Shown here in pieces: positions 46,947-56,842 of a stretch of DNA of 64,000 bases. Made by a program: the position numbers and the translations under genes. The notes beneath the pieces were generated by a model that had not been told where the DNA came from, did no database searches, and saw only the letters and a program-made list of their open reading frames with translations. Position 1 is the stretch's first letter. Every line of letters begins with the position of its first letter. Origin of the DNA: Candidatus Latescibacterota bacterium. Its GTDB lineage: Bacteria; Latescibacterota; UBA2968; GCA-2709665. The stretch is taken from contig OZ252100.1 in assembly GCA_965248435.1 (NCBI GenBank), positions 3,424,001-3,488,000 of the forward strand, in the 5' to 3' direction.

Positions 46947-47900
46947 ATGAGGACTCGCGTCCTGGTTCTTATCTCGATCGCTCATCTTTTCCTCGTTCTT
47001 CACGCAGAGGCGTCTGAGCCGATCACACTTCGGCTGACTTTTCCGGAAGGCAGAACCGTCACCTATAACCACAAATACAAAACCAGGTATGGCAGCAATC
47101 AGGCCGAGCATATCCTCCCCCAGCGAATCGCCAGGCCCGGACGCGTCGGGGTAGAGGTCAACGGTTCCTGGAAGAGTTTGGAGCTTGTCCGAATCCTGGC
47201 GGAGGATCTCGCAGAGGGGGAAGCAAGCGAGGAGATAGGAATTCTCGCCAGGGTGGAAGAGGCGACCAGCAAAGTGATCTTCGGCGGCAATATCGTGTCC
47301 AGTCAGGAGTGGGACCCCTACGATATGGCCGAGCTGAGCGGGCGAAAATTTTCCTGGAAGATTGGTCCCGAGGGCGAGGTGAGCGATTTCAAGGCTGAAT
47401 TCCCTGAATATGAGCTCCATCGGCAGGATCTGATCTCGGAGCTTGGTCAGTTCCTGATGCCCGAGTACCATCCCGTGCTCCCCAAGGATCCTGTCAACGT
47501 CGGGGATACGTGGAGCGGGACCCGATCCTTCGAGAGCAGCTTTTTTCTAGGAGGTGTGAGGAGATATCACAAGCCTCTCGTGAAGATCAAGAGCCTTTAC
47601 AAGCTCAAGAAGCTGGGCAAGAAGAAGGGCCGGAGAACGGCCGAGATCGAAGAGAGCCGAGAAATAGAATACACGGGCTGGATGTTTGCGGCGTATGTCT
47701 CTGTCATTATGAGAGGCGAGGGACACGGCACGGCGAAGTGGGTTATCGACATCGATCGAGGCCTGGTTCTCTCCCAGAAGACGCGGTTTGATCTTGAAAG
47801 ACCTGAAGTGTTCCTCCCGGGGGCTGAGTCCGCTCTCGGCAAGGTGATCGCAGACTTCAGGCTGGATTTCGAGCGGAAGCTGGACAAGGTGGAGGAGTAG
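46947..47900 (+). CDS. Hypothetical exported beta-rich protein
   Basis: Signal peptide; LPKDPVNVGDTW, IDIDRGLV motifs reminiscent of DUF6263-like proteins; SD GGGGAGG. Confidence 0.65.
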   Translation: MRTRVLVLISIAHLFLVLHAEASEPITLRLTFPEGRTVTYNHKYKTRYGSNQAEHILPQRIARPGRVGVEVNGSWKSLELVRILAEDLAEGEASEEIGILARVEEATSKVIFGGNIVSSQEWDPYDMAELSGRKFSWKIGPEGEVSDFKAEFPEYELHRQDLISELGQFLMPEYHPVLPKDPVNVGDTWSGTRSFESSFFLGGVRRYHKPLVKIKSLYKLKKLGKKKGRRTAEIEESREIEYTGWMFAAYVSVIMRGEGHGTAKWVIDIDRGLVLSQKTRFDLERPEVFLPGAESALGKVIADFRLDFERKLDKVEE

Positions 47901-47922
47901 ATGAGAGGGGGGCTGTCGAGGC

Positions 47923-47951
47923 TTGACATTAAATTTGACTTATGCTAAACT
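47923..47951 (+). promoter_or_regulatory. Sigma70 promoter (extended -10) of the proteasome operon
   Basis: TTGACA-17 nt-TAAACT with TG at 47943-47944. Confidence 0.65.
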
Positions 47952-48054
47952 ACGAGGCGTTTCAGGCCGAATAGTAAAGGATACGTTCGCTGCACCCAAT
48001 CAGTACGTCATCGTGCTGTCTGAAGCTTAGGATTATGTCGGCTTAGTTGAGGAG

Positions 48055-49776
48055 GTGAGTCCGATCAGTCTCGAGGATTCGGGTAAAAAGAGAAAGACCC
48101 CGGACGATTTTCTGCAAGATTACGTGGATATGCAGCACACCTTCAAGTCGCTGTCGATCATCGATCAGATTCTGACATCGATGGACGAGAAGGACCGCCG
48201 CCGTCCGCTGCTTTACCAGCTTCGCCGCCAACTTCAGGAGGACGAGATTACCTTCGAGGAGGCGCGTCGTACCATCGTCGAGATGGAATCGGCATTGGAG
48301 AAGGTCACCTCTCCGGCAAATCGAGTCGGGACGTTACTGGAGCCTCCCAAGAACGGCGTCGCCTACATTTCCGTCGGGGGTTCCGAATATTTCGCAAACG
48401 TGGATTCACGCATCGATGAGTCTGACTTGAAGGTGGGCACGCGGGTACTCGTGAACGAGGCCTTTGCCGTCGTCGGAGATCTGGGCTACGCTACCTCGGG
48501 GCCATTGGCCAAGGTCGCGGACGTCCTTGATGACGGACGCGTCAGGGTCGGTCAAGAGCACGGACTTCAGGCCGTAATTCTGGAACGATCCAGCGACCTG
48601 AAGGAGGTTACGCTGAAGCCGGGTGAGGAGGTCCGAGCAGATCCCAACTTCAGGATTGCCGTTGAGCGCGTGCCCGGCCGGGAGGCCAAGGACTACTATC
48701 TCGAGGAAATCGAAGAACTTCCTTGGGAAATGATCGGGGGCCAGGAGGCCGCCATCCGGGCGATCAAAGATACGATCGAGATGCCGGTGCTTCATCCGGA
48801 GCTATTCGCAAAGTTTCAATACAGCACGCCAAAGGGTTTCCTTCTTTACGGTCCACCGGGGTGTGGTAAGACACTGATCGGCAAGGCCACTGCTTATAAT
48901 CTCGTTGAGCAGGTGCGAGAGGAGGCCGGGCTCAATCTGAAGGAATGTTTCATTCATATCAAAGGACCGGAAATCCTCAATATGTGGCTCGGGGAGTCGG
49001 AACGTCAGGTCCGGGAAATTTTCTCGCGTGCTCGGGAAAAACGCAAAGAAGGCTACCTCCCGATCGTGTTCATCGATGAGGCCGAGTCGGTTCTGGGCAC
49101 GCGGCGCGCCGTTCATTCTCACAATATTTCGAACACGGTCGTACCGATGTTCTGCGCGGAGATGGACGGTATAGAGTCCCTTCAGGATGTTGTGATCATT
49201 TTGGCTTCGAACCGTCCAGATCTTATCGATCCGGCGCTTCTACGGCCGGGTCGGATCGATCGAAAGATCAAGGTCGTCCGCCCGGACAAGGCCGGCGCGA
49301 AGGAGATTATGGGAATCTACCTGACTGCGGATTTGCCCATCGACCAGGCCACGGTGGAAAAACACGGGGGTGGAGACCTCAATGATGCGGTGACGGACCT
49401 TGTCGGCCAGACTGTGGCAGAGGTATTTGCTCGAAGGGATGACACTCGATTCCTGGAAGTCTTGTTTCGCAGCGGTCGTAAGGAGATCCTGCATCGCGGG
49501 GAGCTCTGCAGCGGAGCCATCCTGGAGTCGATCGTGAAGCGAGCCAAGGAGCTCGCCATCCGAAGGTCTATCGCATCAGGATCCGACGAGGGCATCTCAC
49601 TGGAGGATCTGCTTCAGGCGGCAGAGACCGAGTACACCGAGAATGAGATCTTTCCACCGACTGACAACACGGAAGATTGGCTGAAGCTGCTGGATTACGA
49701 CCCTGAGAACGTGGTGAGGGCCTCTCCCATTCGTCCGAACCGGAATGCCCTTAGAAAGGGCAGCGGCGTCATCTAG
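48055..49776 (+). CDS. arc: Proteasome-associated AAA ATPase (ARC/Mpa)
   Basis: N-terminal coiled coil and OB region (LEKVTSPAN, VLVNEAFAVV), PKGFLLYGPPGCGKTLIGKA, IKGPEILNMWLGESERQVR, FIDEAES, ASNRPDLIDPALLRPGRID. Confidence 0.93.
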   Translation: MSPISLEDSGKKRKTPDDFLQDYVDMQHTFKSLSIIDQILTSMDEKDRRRPLLYQLRRQLQEDEITFEEARRTIVEMESALEKVTSPANRVGTLLEPPKNGVAYISVGGSEYFANVDSRIDESDLKVGTRVLVNEAFAVVGDLGYATSGPLAKVADVLDDGRVRVGQEHGLQAVILERSSDLKEVTLKPGEEVRADPNFRIAVERVPGREAKDYYLEEIEELPWEMIGGQEAAIRAIKDTIEMPVLHPELFAKFQYSTPKGFLLYGPPGCGKTLIGKATAYNLVEQVREEAGLNLKECFIHIKGPEILNMWLGESERQVREIFSRAREKRKEGYLPIVFIDEAESVLGTRRAVHSHNISNTVVPMFCAEMDGIESLQDVVIILASNRPDLIDPALLRPGRIDRKIKVVRPDKAGAKEIMGIYLTADLPIDQATVEKHGGGDLNDAVTDLVGQTVAEVFARRDDTRFLEVLFRSGRKEILHRGELCSGAILESIVKRAKELAIRRSIASGSDEGISLEDLLQAAETEYTENEIFPPTDNTEDWLKLLDYDPENVVRASPIRPNRNALRKGSGVI

Positions 49777-49784
49777 GGTCATAA

Positions 49785-51305
49785 ATGGATCGTATATTCG
49801 GTTTGGAGACAGAGTATGGAATCACCATCGACGGCATCGACAAGATCGATGTGGTCCAGGAGTCGATGGAATTGATCAGATGCTATCAGCAGGGAGAGTT
49901 CGTGCCGCTTTGGGATTACGAGCTTGAGAACCCTCGCAAAGATGTTCGCGGTTTTGAAGTAGGAGAGCTGCTCAACGACCTTGACGAGAAGGTTCACCTC
50001 CAGAAGGACCGAAAGCGGAAGATTCCGCTCAAGGAACTGAAAAGCGATCTGGTCATCTACAACGGCGCCCGCTTCTATAACGATCACACGCATCCTGAAT
50101 ACTCGACGGGCGAGTGTCAAAGTCTTTTCGACCTTGTGGCTCAGGACAAGGCCGGCGAGCGGATCGTGGATATCTGCTCGCGTCGACGCACAGAGATGCT
50201 CCCGCACGGGGCTGCAAAGATGTACAAGAACAATACTGATTTTGATGGTCACAGTTACGGGTGCCACGAGAACTACTTGATGGATCGTTCGGTCCCCTTT
50301 GAAAGGATCGTTAAGGGGCTTCTGCCTTTTTTTGCGACCCGACAGATTTTTGCAGGTGCTGGGAAAGTGGGTGTTGAGCGTGGAGACAAGGCCTCACTTT
50401 ATCAACTTTCACAGCGGGCGGAGTTTTTCGATGTAATTGCCAGTGTAGACACGATGCACAAGCGGCCTATCGTAAATACGCGTGATGAACCCCACGCCGA
50501 CTCGGAACGCTACCGTCGCTTGCACGTGATCGTGGGCGATGCAAACATGTCGGAGTACGCAACGGCGCTGAAAGTCGGAACCACGACCCTCGTCGTTGAT
50601 CTGATCGAGCGAGACGTTCTCCCGGAGGTGGTTCTGAAGGATCCGATCTCGGCGATGAAGGATGTGTCCCGGGATCAGAGCCGACAGTGGCTGGTCGAGG
50701 TGGACGGTGGAGATCGGCGATTGGTTCCTTCTGTTGAGATTCAACGGGCCTACCTGGACCTCGCAAAAGAGGTGATGGCGGGGCGGGATGAAGAAACGGA
50801 CTGGGTGTTGGTTCGATGGGAGGAGGTTTTGGATGCGTTGGAGTCGGATCCTATGAACCTGGTGGGGATGTGTGATTGGGTGACGAAGAAATGGCTTCTA
50901 GATTGTTTTTGCGAGACAGAGGGCCTCTCCTGGGATGACCCTGAAGCGCTCACGTGGATGCAGAGCCAGGATCTGGAATATCACAACGTAGATCGTGAGT
51001 CCGGTCTCTATTACATCCTTGAATCCCAGGGAAAGATGCTACGCGTCGTTGATGATCAGGAGATCGCATCCGCGATGTCATCACCGCCTGTAAATACGCG
51101 CGCCTACTTCCGCGGGGGATGCCTTGAAAAATTCGGGGATAGAGTGAAGTCGATCAACTGGGACCGCATCGTCTTTTCCCTGAACGGCAAGCCTCGAACC
51201 GTGGATCTGAAGGGGCTGATAGAGTCTAAAAAGGCAGAAGAATGCAACAGCTTGTTAGATCGCTCAGATACCCTTGAACAACTACTGGAAAACCTTAACG
51301 CGTAG
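49785..51305 (+). CDS. dop: Dop-like depupylase/deamidase (PafA2)
   Basis: RIFGLETEYGI, NGARFYNDHTHPEYST.EC, KNNTD..GHSYGCHENY, RPIVNTRDEPHAD..RYRRLHVIVGDANMSE, DL.YH, PP.NTRAYFRG. Confidence 0.92.
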   Translation: MDRIFGLETEYGITIDGIDKIDVVQESMELIRCYQQGEFVPLWDYELENPRKDVRGFEVGELLNDLDEKVHLQKDRKRKIPLKELKSDLVIYNGARFYNDHTHPEYSTGECQSLFDLVAQDKAGERIVDICSRRRTEMLPHGAAKMYKNNTDFDGHSYGCHENYLMDRSVPFERIVKGLLPFFATRQIFAGAGKVGVERGDKASLYQLSQRAEFFDVIASVDTMHKRPIVNTRDEPHADSERYRRLHVIVGDANMSEYATALKVGTTTLVVDLIERDVLPEVVLKDPISAMKDVSRDQSRQWLVEVDGGDRRLVPSVEIQRAYLDLAKEVMAGRDEETDWVLVRWEEVLDALESDPMNLVGMCDWVTKKWLLDCFCETEGLSWDDPEALTWMQSQDLEYHNVDRESGLYYILESQGKMLRVVDDQEIASAMSSPPVNTRAYFRGGCLEKFGDRVKSINWDRIVFSLNGKPRTVDLKGLIESKKAEECNSLLDRSDTLEQLLENLNA

Positions 51306-51330
51306 ATCTGTGCGGAGGGAGAGTGATTAT

Positions 51331-51534
51331 ATGGAAACAGCCCTGATCGTGTCCTTCGAACGACGCACCCGGCCTTTTGGACCGAAGGAGCGGAAAGCCG
51401 AAGATGGAGGAGATGGAGAGGACGGACCTTCCAGGCCTCGTGTGGATCGTCCGGATACACACGATCTGCTTCGCCGCATGAGACGTGTAGATCCGAATCA
51501 GGCGAGGCGCTATCGTCAGCGAACGGGCGAATAG
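51331..51534 (+). CDS. ubact: Ubiquitin-like modifier UBact (Pup homolog), 67 aa
   Basis: METALIVSFERR...GGDGEDGPSRP...DLLRRMRRVDPNQARRYRQRTGE; C-terminal R[S/T]G[E/Q] signature; between dop and prcB; SD GGAGGGAG. Confidence 0.92.
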   Translation: METALIVSFERRTRPFGPKERKAEDGGDGEDGPSRPRVDRPDTHDLLRRMRRVDPNQARRYRQRTGE

Positions 51535-51537
51535 CCG

Positions 51538-52350
51538 ATGGATCCGGGCAATGACTTCCTGGATCTTTTGAAGGCGAAGGGCTACTTGTTTCCCGGAGCG
51601 GACGTCTCCAGCAGGGCTTCCGGTTCTGTGGACACCTCCCGCTTTGAGCCTACTGAAGGAACGACCATCCTGGCGTTACGCTACCGGGATGGCGTTCTTG
51701 TTGCGGGTGACCGCCGGGCTACCGTGGGAACCTCAGTCATCTACGATCGCGCGGACAAGGTGATTCGTATCGATGACTATTCAGTCCTGGCGATCTCCGG
51801 TTCTCCCGCTATTGCCTACGAAATTGCTCGAGTTCTGGAACATTCATTCCAATACCATCGGCGTCGGCAGTTGCAGGAGATGAGTCTGGAGGCAAAGCTT
51901 CGCAGGCTTTCGCTTCTGATCAAAGACAACCTGCCGATGGCCATTCAGGGGATCGGGGCCGTGATTCCGATCTTTGCCACCTACGACCTCAGAGACGATC
52001 TCGGAAAAATCTTTTTCTACGACGCCATGGGCGCTCAATTTGAGAGCACGGATTTCTCGACGACAGGGTCTGGGGCACCCGGAATCCGAGGGGTGATGTA
52101 TTATCTGAATCGGTGGGGGCAGCGCCCTTTCTCGGAGCTTGGCAGGGAGGAAGTTCTGGGGATGGCGATGCGACTGTTATATACGGCTTCCGAGTACGAC
52201 GCTGCAACCGGCCGGTATGAGCGTGCGGCGGACGTATTCCCCTCGATGAAGGCGATCACGAAGGAAGGGTTGCAGGACGTTACAGAGGATGAGCTCCGGA
52301 CTTTCCACAACCGATACATCGAGGCTTCGGGGGGCGACGAATCCTCATGA
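51538..52350 (+). CDS. prcB: 20S proteasome beta subunit
   Basis: Propeptide then G|TTILAL, AGDRRAT, conserved Lys (ADKV), TGSG, YDAATG. Confidence 0.92.
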   Translation: MDPGNDFLDLLKAKGYLFPGADVSSRASGSVDTSRFEPTEGTTILALRYRDGVLVAGDRRATVGTSVIYDRADKVIRIDDYSVLAISGSPAIAYEIARVLEHSFQYHRRRQLQEMSLEAKLRRLSLLIKDNLPMAIQGIGAVIPIFATYDLRDDLGKIFFYDAMGAQFESTDFSTTGSGAPGIRGVMYYLNRWGQRPFSELGREEVLGMAMRLLYTASEYDAATGRYERAADVFPSMKAITKEGLQDVTEDELRTFHNRYIEASGGDESS

Positions 52351-53135
52351 TGCTGGATGAACCCTACCGGTGGGCAGAAGCGGTTTCGAATCGCCGCGAG
52401 TATGTTGAAGATCAGCTGCGGGGAGGGAGTCCCGTCGTGGGCATTGCCTACAAGGATGGGGCGCTGCTGTTGACGCTGAGCCAACGGCAGCAGAAAGTAT
52501 TCGAGATCTACGATCAGATTGCGATGGCGGCGATCGGCCACCCCACGGACATCGAAAAGCTCCGGCATGTGGCCCTCGATATGGCCTCGGTTATCGGCTT
52601 CAACTACTCGGATTCAGATGTGACCCTGCAGCAAATCGTGCATTTCGGATTGGGTCCTACAGTCAAGACGGCCTTCGATGAGATCATCAGATCTCCTTTT
52701 ATTGTTCGGGTGCTTCTGGTAGAGCTCGACGGTTCGGGGGGAGACGCTGTTTTTTACACGGTGGATTATGATGGCGTCTTCAACAAGTCTGAGGGATCAG
52801 GAGCGTTGGCGGGGATGCTGGAGGCGGACCGACTGATGGGCCGCCGACTGTCTGGCGTGGACACGCACCGGCTGTCGCTGAAGAAGGCACTGGAGGAAGC
52901 GCTACAGGCGTGGGCGACGGGAAGATGGGCGGGGAACCTGGATGAAATACCGCAGGAAAAGTCTGAACTCGAGAAGGCCGTCGGTGAGGCCGACTTGGAC
53001 GATCTACTTCGCAAGGAGCTGGAGGATCTGGAGGTGGAGGCAGCGATTCTTCAGCGGTCACGTTCCGGAAAGTGCAAGTATAGAGTCTTGTCGGGCAAGG
53101 AGATCGAAGCTTCGATCAAGGCCTACCGGGCCTGA
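52347..53135 (+). CDS. prcA: 20S proteasome alpha subunit
   Basis: RREYVEDQLRGGSPVV, QKVFEIYDQIAMAAIGHPTDIEKLR, YSDSDVT, LEVEAAILQR. Confidence 0.9.
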   Translation: MMLDEPYRWAEAVSNRREYVEDQLRGGSPVVGIAYKDGALLLTLSQRQQKVFEIYDQIAMAAIGHPTDIEKLRHVALDMASVIGFNYSDSDVTLQQIVHFGLGPTVKTAFDEIIRSPFIVRVLLVELDGSGGDAVFYTVDYDGVFNKSEGSGALAGMLEADRLMGRRLSGVDTHRLSLKKALEEALQAWATGRWAGNLDEIPQEKSELEKAVGEADLDDLLRKELEDLEVEAAILQRSRSGKCKYRVLSGKEIEASIKAYRA

Positions 53136-53168
53136 ATCCTGGTCCGTATCCTATCTTTAGAGGGGCCT

Positions 53169-54635
53169 GTGGAGAATCGCATATTCGGTTTAGAGACGGA
53201 ATTCGGATGTATGGCGCCGGAGCACGAAGGATTCGTGAGTCCGGACGCGATTTCAGTCAAGGTGAAGGATCACATTTTTCACTCTGATCGAATCGGAATT
53301 TTGGATATCCATTACCGTGGCCGGGACGAACCGCCGGGAAATGGAGGGTTTTTGTTCAACTCGGGTCGTGTCTATATCGACATGGGACATATCGAGTATA
53401 CGACGCCTGAATGTAAGAGCCTATTCGATCTGGTCGCATTCGACCGAGCGGGTGAGCGGACCCTGCAGCGAGCCCTGAAGTCACTCGGTCTGGAGAAAGA
53501 GGCATCGTTCCTCAAGAACAACATCGATCATTTTACGGGGGCGACGTTCGGTTGTCACGAAAACTACCTGATTCGGAGAAATGTTCCATTCTCAACGGTC
53601 GTCATTCCAGCGCTTCTGCCTTTCCTGGTCACGCGACAGGTTTACAGCGGTGCCGGCCGCGTAGGGAGCTACGACGATAGTTTCTACTACTACGGAAGAG
53701 AAGACAGAGATGAGGCGTTCAGGGAGGACCCGGTCGCCTTTCAGATCTCCCAGCGAGCGGATCATATTGTCACTGAAATCTATCAGTGGATTCAGTTTTC
53801 CCGTGCCATCATAAATACGCGGGACGAGCCGCTTGCAGATCACAAAAAGTATCGGCGCCTTCATCTTCTGATGGGTGACTCGAACATGTCGGAGTATGCC
53901 ACGGCGCTCAAGGTCGGGACAACGGCATTGGTCCTGAACCTTCTTGAACGAAAAATTTTTCCTCAAGATGTGGGGCTGGGTGACCCCGTATGGGCCCTGA
54001 AGGAGATCTCCCGAGATCCCACCTGTTCGTGGATCCTGGAGCGAAAGAATGGACGGACGATCTCTGCGATCGATATCCAGCGACGCTACCTGGAACTGTC
54101 GGAAAAATACTTAAAGGGCCTGGACGAAGAATCAGACTGGGTATTGCGGGAATGGGCCCGGACTCTGGATGACCTGGAGCGGGATCCGATGTTACTGGTC
54201 GGGCGACTGGACTGGGTAGCCAAGAAATGGATGCTGGATACCTTTATCGAGTCGGAGGGGTTGGATTGGAACGATCCGTGGCTGCAGAGTCTGGATCTCG
54301 AATATCACAATATCAATCCGAATCGGGGGTTCTATTTCGATCTCGAACAGAGAGGGCTCATCGAGCAGGTCTTAACAGAGGAACGGATAGAACGGGCGTG
54401 TTTCGAGCCTCCACAGGATACACGCGCCAAGGCAAGATCGACGGTGGTGAAGGCCCTGGCAAAGAACCGGGTGCGCTACATTGTGGACTGGGATTCCGTT
54501 TACCTTGAAAACGAGCATCATCTGAGTTTTCGTGATCCATTTTACACTTACGATGATGAGGTTTCTGAGTTCGTCGATGAGATCTGCTCCGCGACGCCTG
54601 TGCCAACCCGTACGATGAGGCGGCGCCTGCCCTGA
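53169..54635 (+). CDS. pafA: PafA-like Pup/UBact-protein ligase
   Basis: RIFGLETEFG, FLFNSGRVYIDMGHIEYTTPEC, KNNID...TFGCHENY, SRAIINTRDEPLAD..KYRRLH..GDSNMSE, LDLEYH, PPQDTRAKAR, VDW, DPF. Confidence 0.9.
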   Translation: MENRIFGLETEFGCMAPEHEGFVSPDAISVKVKDHIFHSDRIGILDIHYRGRDEPPGNGGFLFNSGRVYIDMGHIEYTTPECKSLFDLVAFDRAGERTLQRALKSLGLEKEASFLKNNIDHFTGATFGCHENYLIRRNVPFSTVVIPALLPFLVTRQVYSGAGRVGSYDDSFYYYGREDRDEAFREDPVAFQISQRADHIVTEIYQWIQFSRAIINTRDEPLADHKKYRRLHLLMGDSNMSEYATALKVGTTALVLNLLERKIFPQDVGLGDPVWALKEISRDPTCSWILERKNGRTISAIDIQRRYLELSEKYLKGLDEESDWVLREWARTLDDLERDPMLLVGRLDWVAKKWMLDTFIESEGLDWNDPWLQSLDLEYHNINPNRGFYFDLEQRGLIEQVLTEERIERACFEPPQDTRAKARSTVVKALAKNRVRYIVDWDSVYLENEHHLSFRDPFYTYDDEVSEFVDEICSATPVPTRTMRRRLP

Positions 54636-54666
54636 CGGGGCGAGAACGATTGATCAGAAAATAGTG

Positions 54667-54695
54667 AGGGTACCTGTTCGGCAGGTGCCCTTTTT
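54667..54695 (+). terminator. Intrinsic terminator of the proteasome operon
   Basis: AGGGTACCTG-TTCGG-CAGGTGCCCT followed by TTTT. Confidence 0.8.
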
Positions 54696-54711
54696 CGTGT
54701 ACTGAAAGTAT

Positions 54712-55341
54712 TTAGCTAAAGCGTTCTTCCCTCCAGGGATCGCCGTGGTTATGATAGCCGTATGACTCCCAGAATCCCGGACGGTCCGTTTCCATAAGCT
54801 CCAGACCATTAACCCACTTTGCGCTCTTCCAGGCGTAGAGCTTCGGAACGATCAGCCGGAGGGGCCAACCGTGTTCAGGGGTGAGCGGCTCACCGTTTCT
54901 GGTGTGGGCAAACAGGACATCATCATTAAGCAGGTCGGTGAGCGGGAGGTTGGTCGTGTAGCTTCCATAGCCGTGAACCAAAACAAACCGTGTTTGAGAC
55001 CGAATTCGTATGCGCTTGGCGATTTCGGTGATGTGCACGCCTTCCCAAATGTTGTCGAGCTGGCTCCATCGCGTAACACAGTGAAAATCGGCCTTGAGTC
55101 GAGTCTGGGGCAGCGACATGAACTCGTCGTAGTTCCACTGCGTCTCTGTCTCGACGAGCCCGAACACACGAAATCTCCACCGCTTCGGGTCGATTCTGGG
55201 CGTGCGACCGTGTGTCAAAACAGGGAATTTATCGGTGAGATATTGACCGGGCGGAAGCCGGCCCTCCGGATCCACGTCCTGAGACCGACGGGGATCGGCC
55301 CTGCGGAGCTTCCGAACACGCGCTTCGGGGTCGTTTTTCAT
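54712..55341 (-). CDS. Sulfite-oxidase-like molybdopterin-binding oxidoreductase (YuiH-like, cytoplasmic)
   Basis: RLPPGQYLT.KFPVL, DFHCVTRWS, YTTNLPL, EHGWPLRL.VP.LYAWKSAKW, GFWE..GYH..GDPW.EERF. Confidence 0.92.
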   Translation of the reverse strand: MKNDPEARVRKLRRADPRRSQDVDPEGRLPPGQYLTDKFPVLTHGRTPRIDPKRWRFRVFGLVETETQWNYDEFMSLPQTRLKADFHCVTRWSQLDNIWEGVHITEIAKRIRIRSQTRFVLVHGYGSYTTNLPLTDLLNDDVLFAHTRNGEPLTPEHGWPLRLIVPKLYAWKSAKWVNGLELMETDRPGFWESYGYHNHGDPWREERFS

Positions 55342-55359
55342 ACAAGAAAGTGGAGAACG

Positions 55360-56004
55360 TCAGGGATAGATCTTGCCCCCCTCTACGACCTCCTGCGTGG
55401 ATAGGATCTTCACACCCTGCTGCTGCCATTTGATGACGAGATCCTCCCCGCACTTCGGATCGATCGCCCGGGTGGCGTCGAGGACAAGGGCGACGGGCGC
55501 GGTCTTTCGCTGAAGGAACCCCTCAATCGCATAGGCGTTGCAGACGTCCAGAGCAACACCGTAAACGACGATGCGCTCTGGGGATATGGAATCCAGGACC
55601 GGATCGACGTTGGGATTCGTAAACACGTCAAATCGCTTTTTCCGAAAGAGGACCTCTCCGGGATGTCCGTTGATTTCAGCGATCAAGGAGTCTTGGTCGG
55701 CTGGATCTGGATCGACCCAGACTGGGTTTCGAGGGCGTGTTTCCGGGATCTTTTCCTGGCCTGTGGATCCCTCCAGGCAGTGGGGAGGAAAGGTCTGCAG
55801 AAAGTCCGGGTTATCCGAGATCTCAGAGTCGTTGGGGCCGTGATTGTCAACTGAACCGAGGATTCGAACCTTGTTCTCGCGCGCGTAGCCTGTGAGTTTT
55901 TCCAGGTTCCCCAGTATTTTCTCCGACCCGTCTACGTAGAGCTTGCCATCCGGCATGATGAAGTCGTATTGCGTGTCTACATCCCAGAAGATAACGCCTG
56001 ACAC
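55360..56004 (-). CDS. Isochorismatase/nicotinamidase-family cysteine hydrolase
   Basis: FWDVDTQYDF..PDG.LYV, DNH, FPPHC, K..FDVF, YGVALDVC; start GTG 56004. Confidence 0.88.
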   Translation of the reverse strand: MSGVIFWDVDTQYDFIMPDGKLYVDGSEKILGNLEKLTGYARENKVRILGSVDNHGPNDSEISDNPDFLQTFPPHCLEGSTGQEKIPETRPRNPVWVDPDPADQDSLIAEINGHPGEVLFRKKRFDVFTNPNVDPVLDSISPERIVVYGVALDVCNAYAIEGFLQRKTAPVALVLDATRAIDPKCGEDLVIKWQQQGVKILSTQEVVEGGKIYP

Positions 56005-56117
56005 GGGAACCCCTTTCTTTAGATCAGAGATAGGTCGGGCCGAGCTTGATGCGAAAAAAATATCGATTCGGGAAATGGCGAGCAAGTCCGAAATCGAGGA
56101 TCGATTCACGCGTGGGT

Positions 56118-56828
56118 TCAGCTAGAAAGCTTGTGGATGAAGATGGCGGCTGCGACAGAGACATTCAAGGATCCGACCTTTCCGATTGAGGGAATCCTGC
56201 ATATCGTGTCGCACTTCTCCTCGGAGAGACGACGCAGTCCACGATCCTCGCTGCCCAACAGAAGGAGCCAGGGTCGATCGCGCTCGATCGTGCCGAGGCT
56301 TGTGTCGGCACGTTCAGAGGTTCCAAGGATCCACAGTCCGCGCTCCTTCGCGAAATCGAGCGCTCGACTCAGGTTGGTCTCCACACAGAAGGGGACGTGT
56401 TCGATACCTCCCGAGGCCACGTCGTAGACTGTTTCAGACAAAGGGGCCGATCTCCTTCTCGTCAGGAGCATTCCCCCCAAGCCGAAAAACGCCGCAGTCC
56501 TGAAGATCGAACCAAGGTTCTGAGGATCCTGGACACCATCGAGGGCCAACCAGATGGAGTTTTCCGAGACGTTGGAGAAGAGATGCTCCAGGGGGACGGG
56601 TTTGCGTGGTTTGACGCTTGCGCTGGCAGACCCTGAACGACCTGGATTCGCCCGGCGACCTCCCTCCGGCGTTTCGTTGACTCTGAGTCCAACATCGAGT
56701 GCGGAGGATCGGACCTGACTCCAGGTCTTTTGGACCTGTGAGGAAGGGAGATGGATTTCGAGGATATCCTGAGGCCTGGTTTCAAGGATGGCAAGGACGC
56801 TGTGCGGATTTCTTAGAACGAGGGACAT
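56118..56828 (-). CDS. TrmH/SpoU-family RNA 2'-O-methyltransferase (RlmB-like)
   Basis: LDGVQDPQNLGSIFRTA, ASGG, LGSEDRGLR, IP..GKVGSLNVSVAA. Confidence 0.92.
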   Translation of the reverse strand: MSLVLRNPHSVLAILETRPQDILEIHLPSSQVQKTWSQVRSSALDVGLRVNETPEGGRRANPGRSGSASASVKPRKPVPLEHLFSNVSENSIWLALDGVQDPQNLGSIFRTAAFFGLGGMLLTRRRSAPLSETVYDVASGGIEHVPFCVETNLSRALDFAKERGLWILGTSERADTSLGTIERDRPWLLLLGSEDRGLRRLSEEKCDTICRIPSIGKVGSLNVSVAAAIFIHKLSS

Positions 56829-56842
56829 ACGGGTAGGATGGG

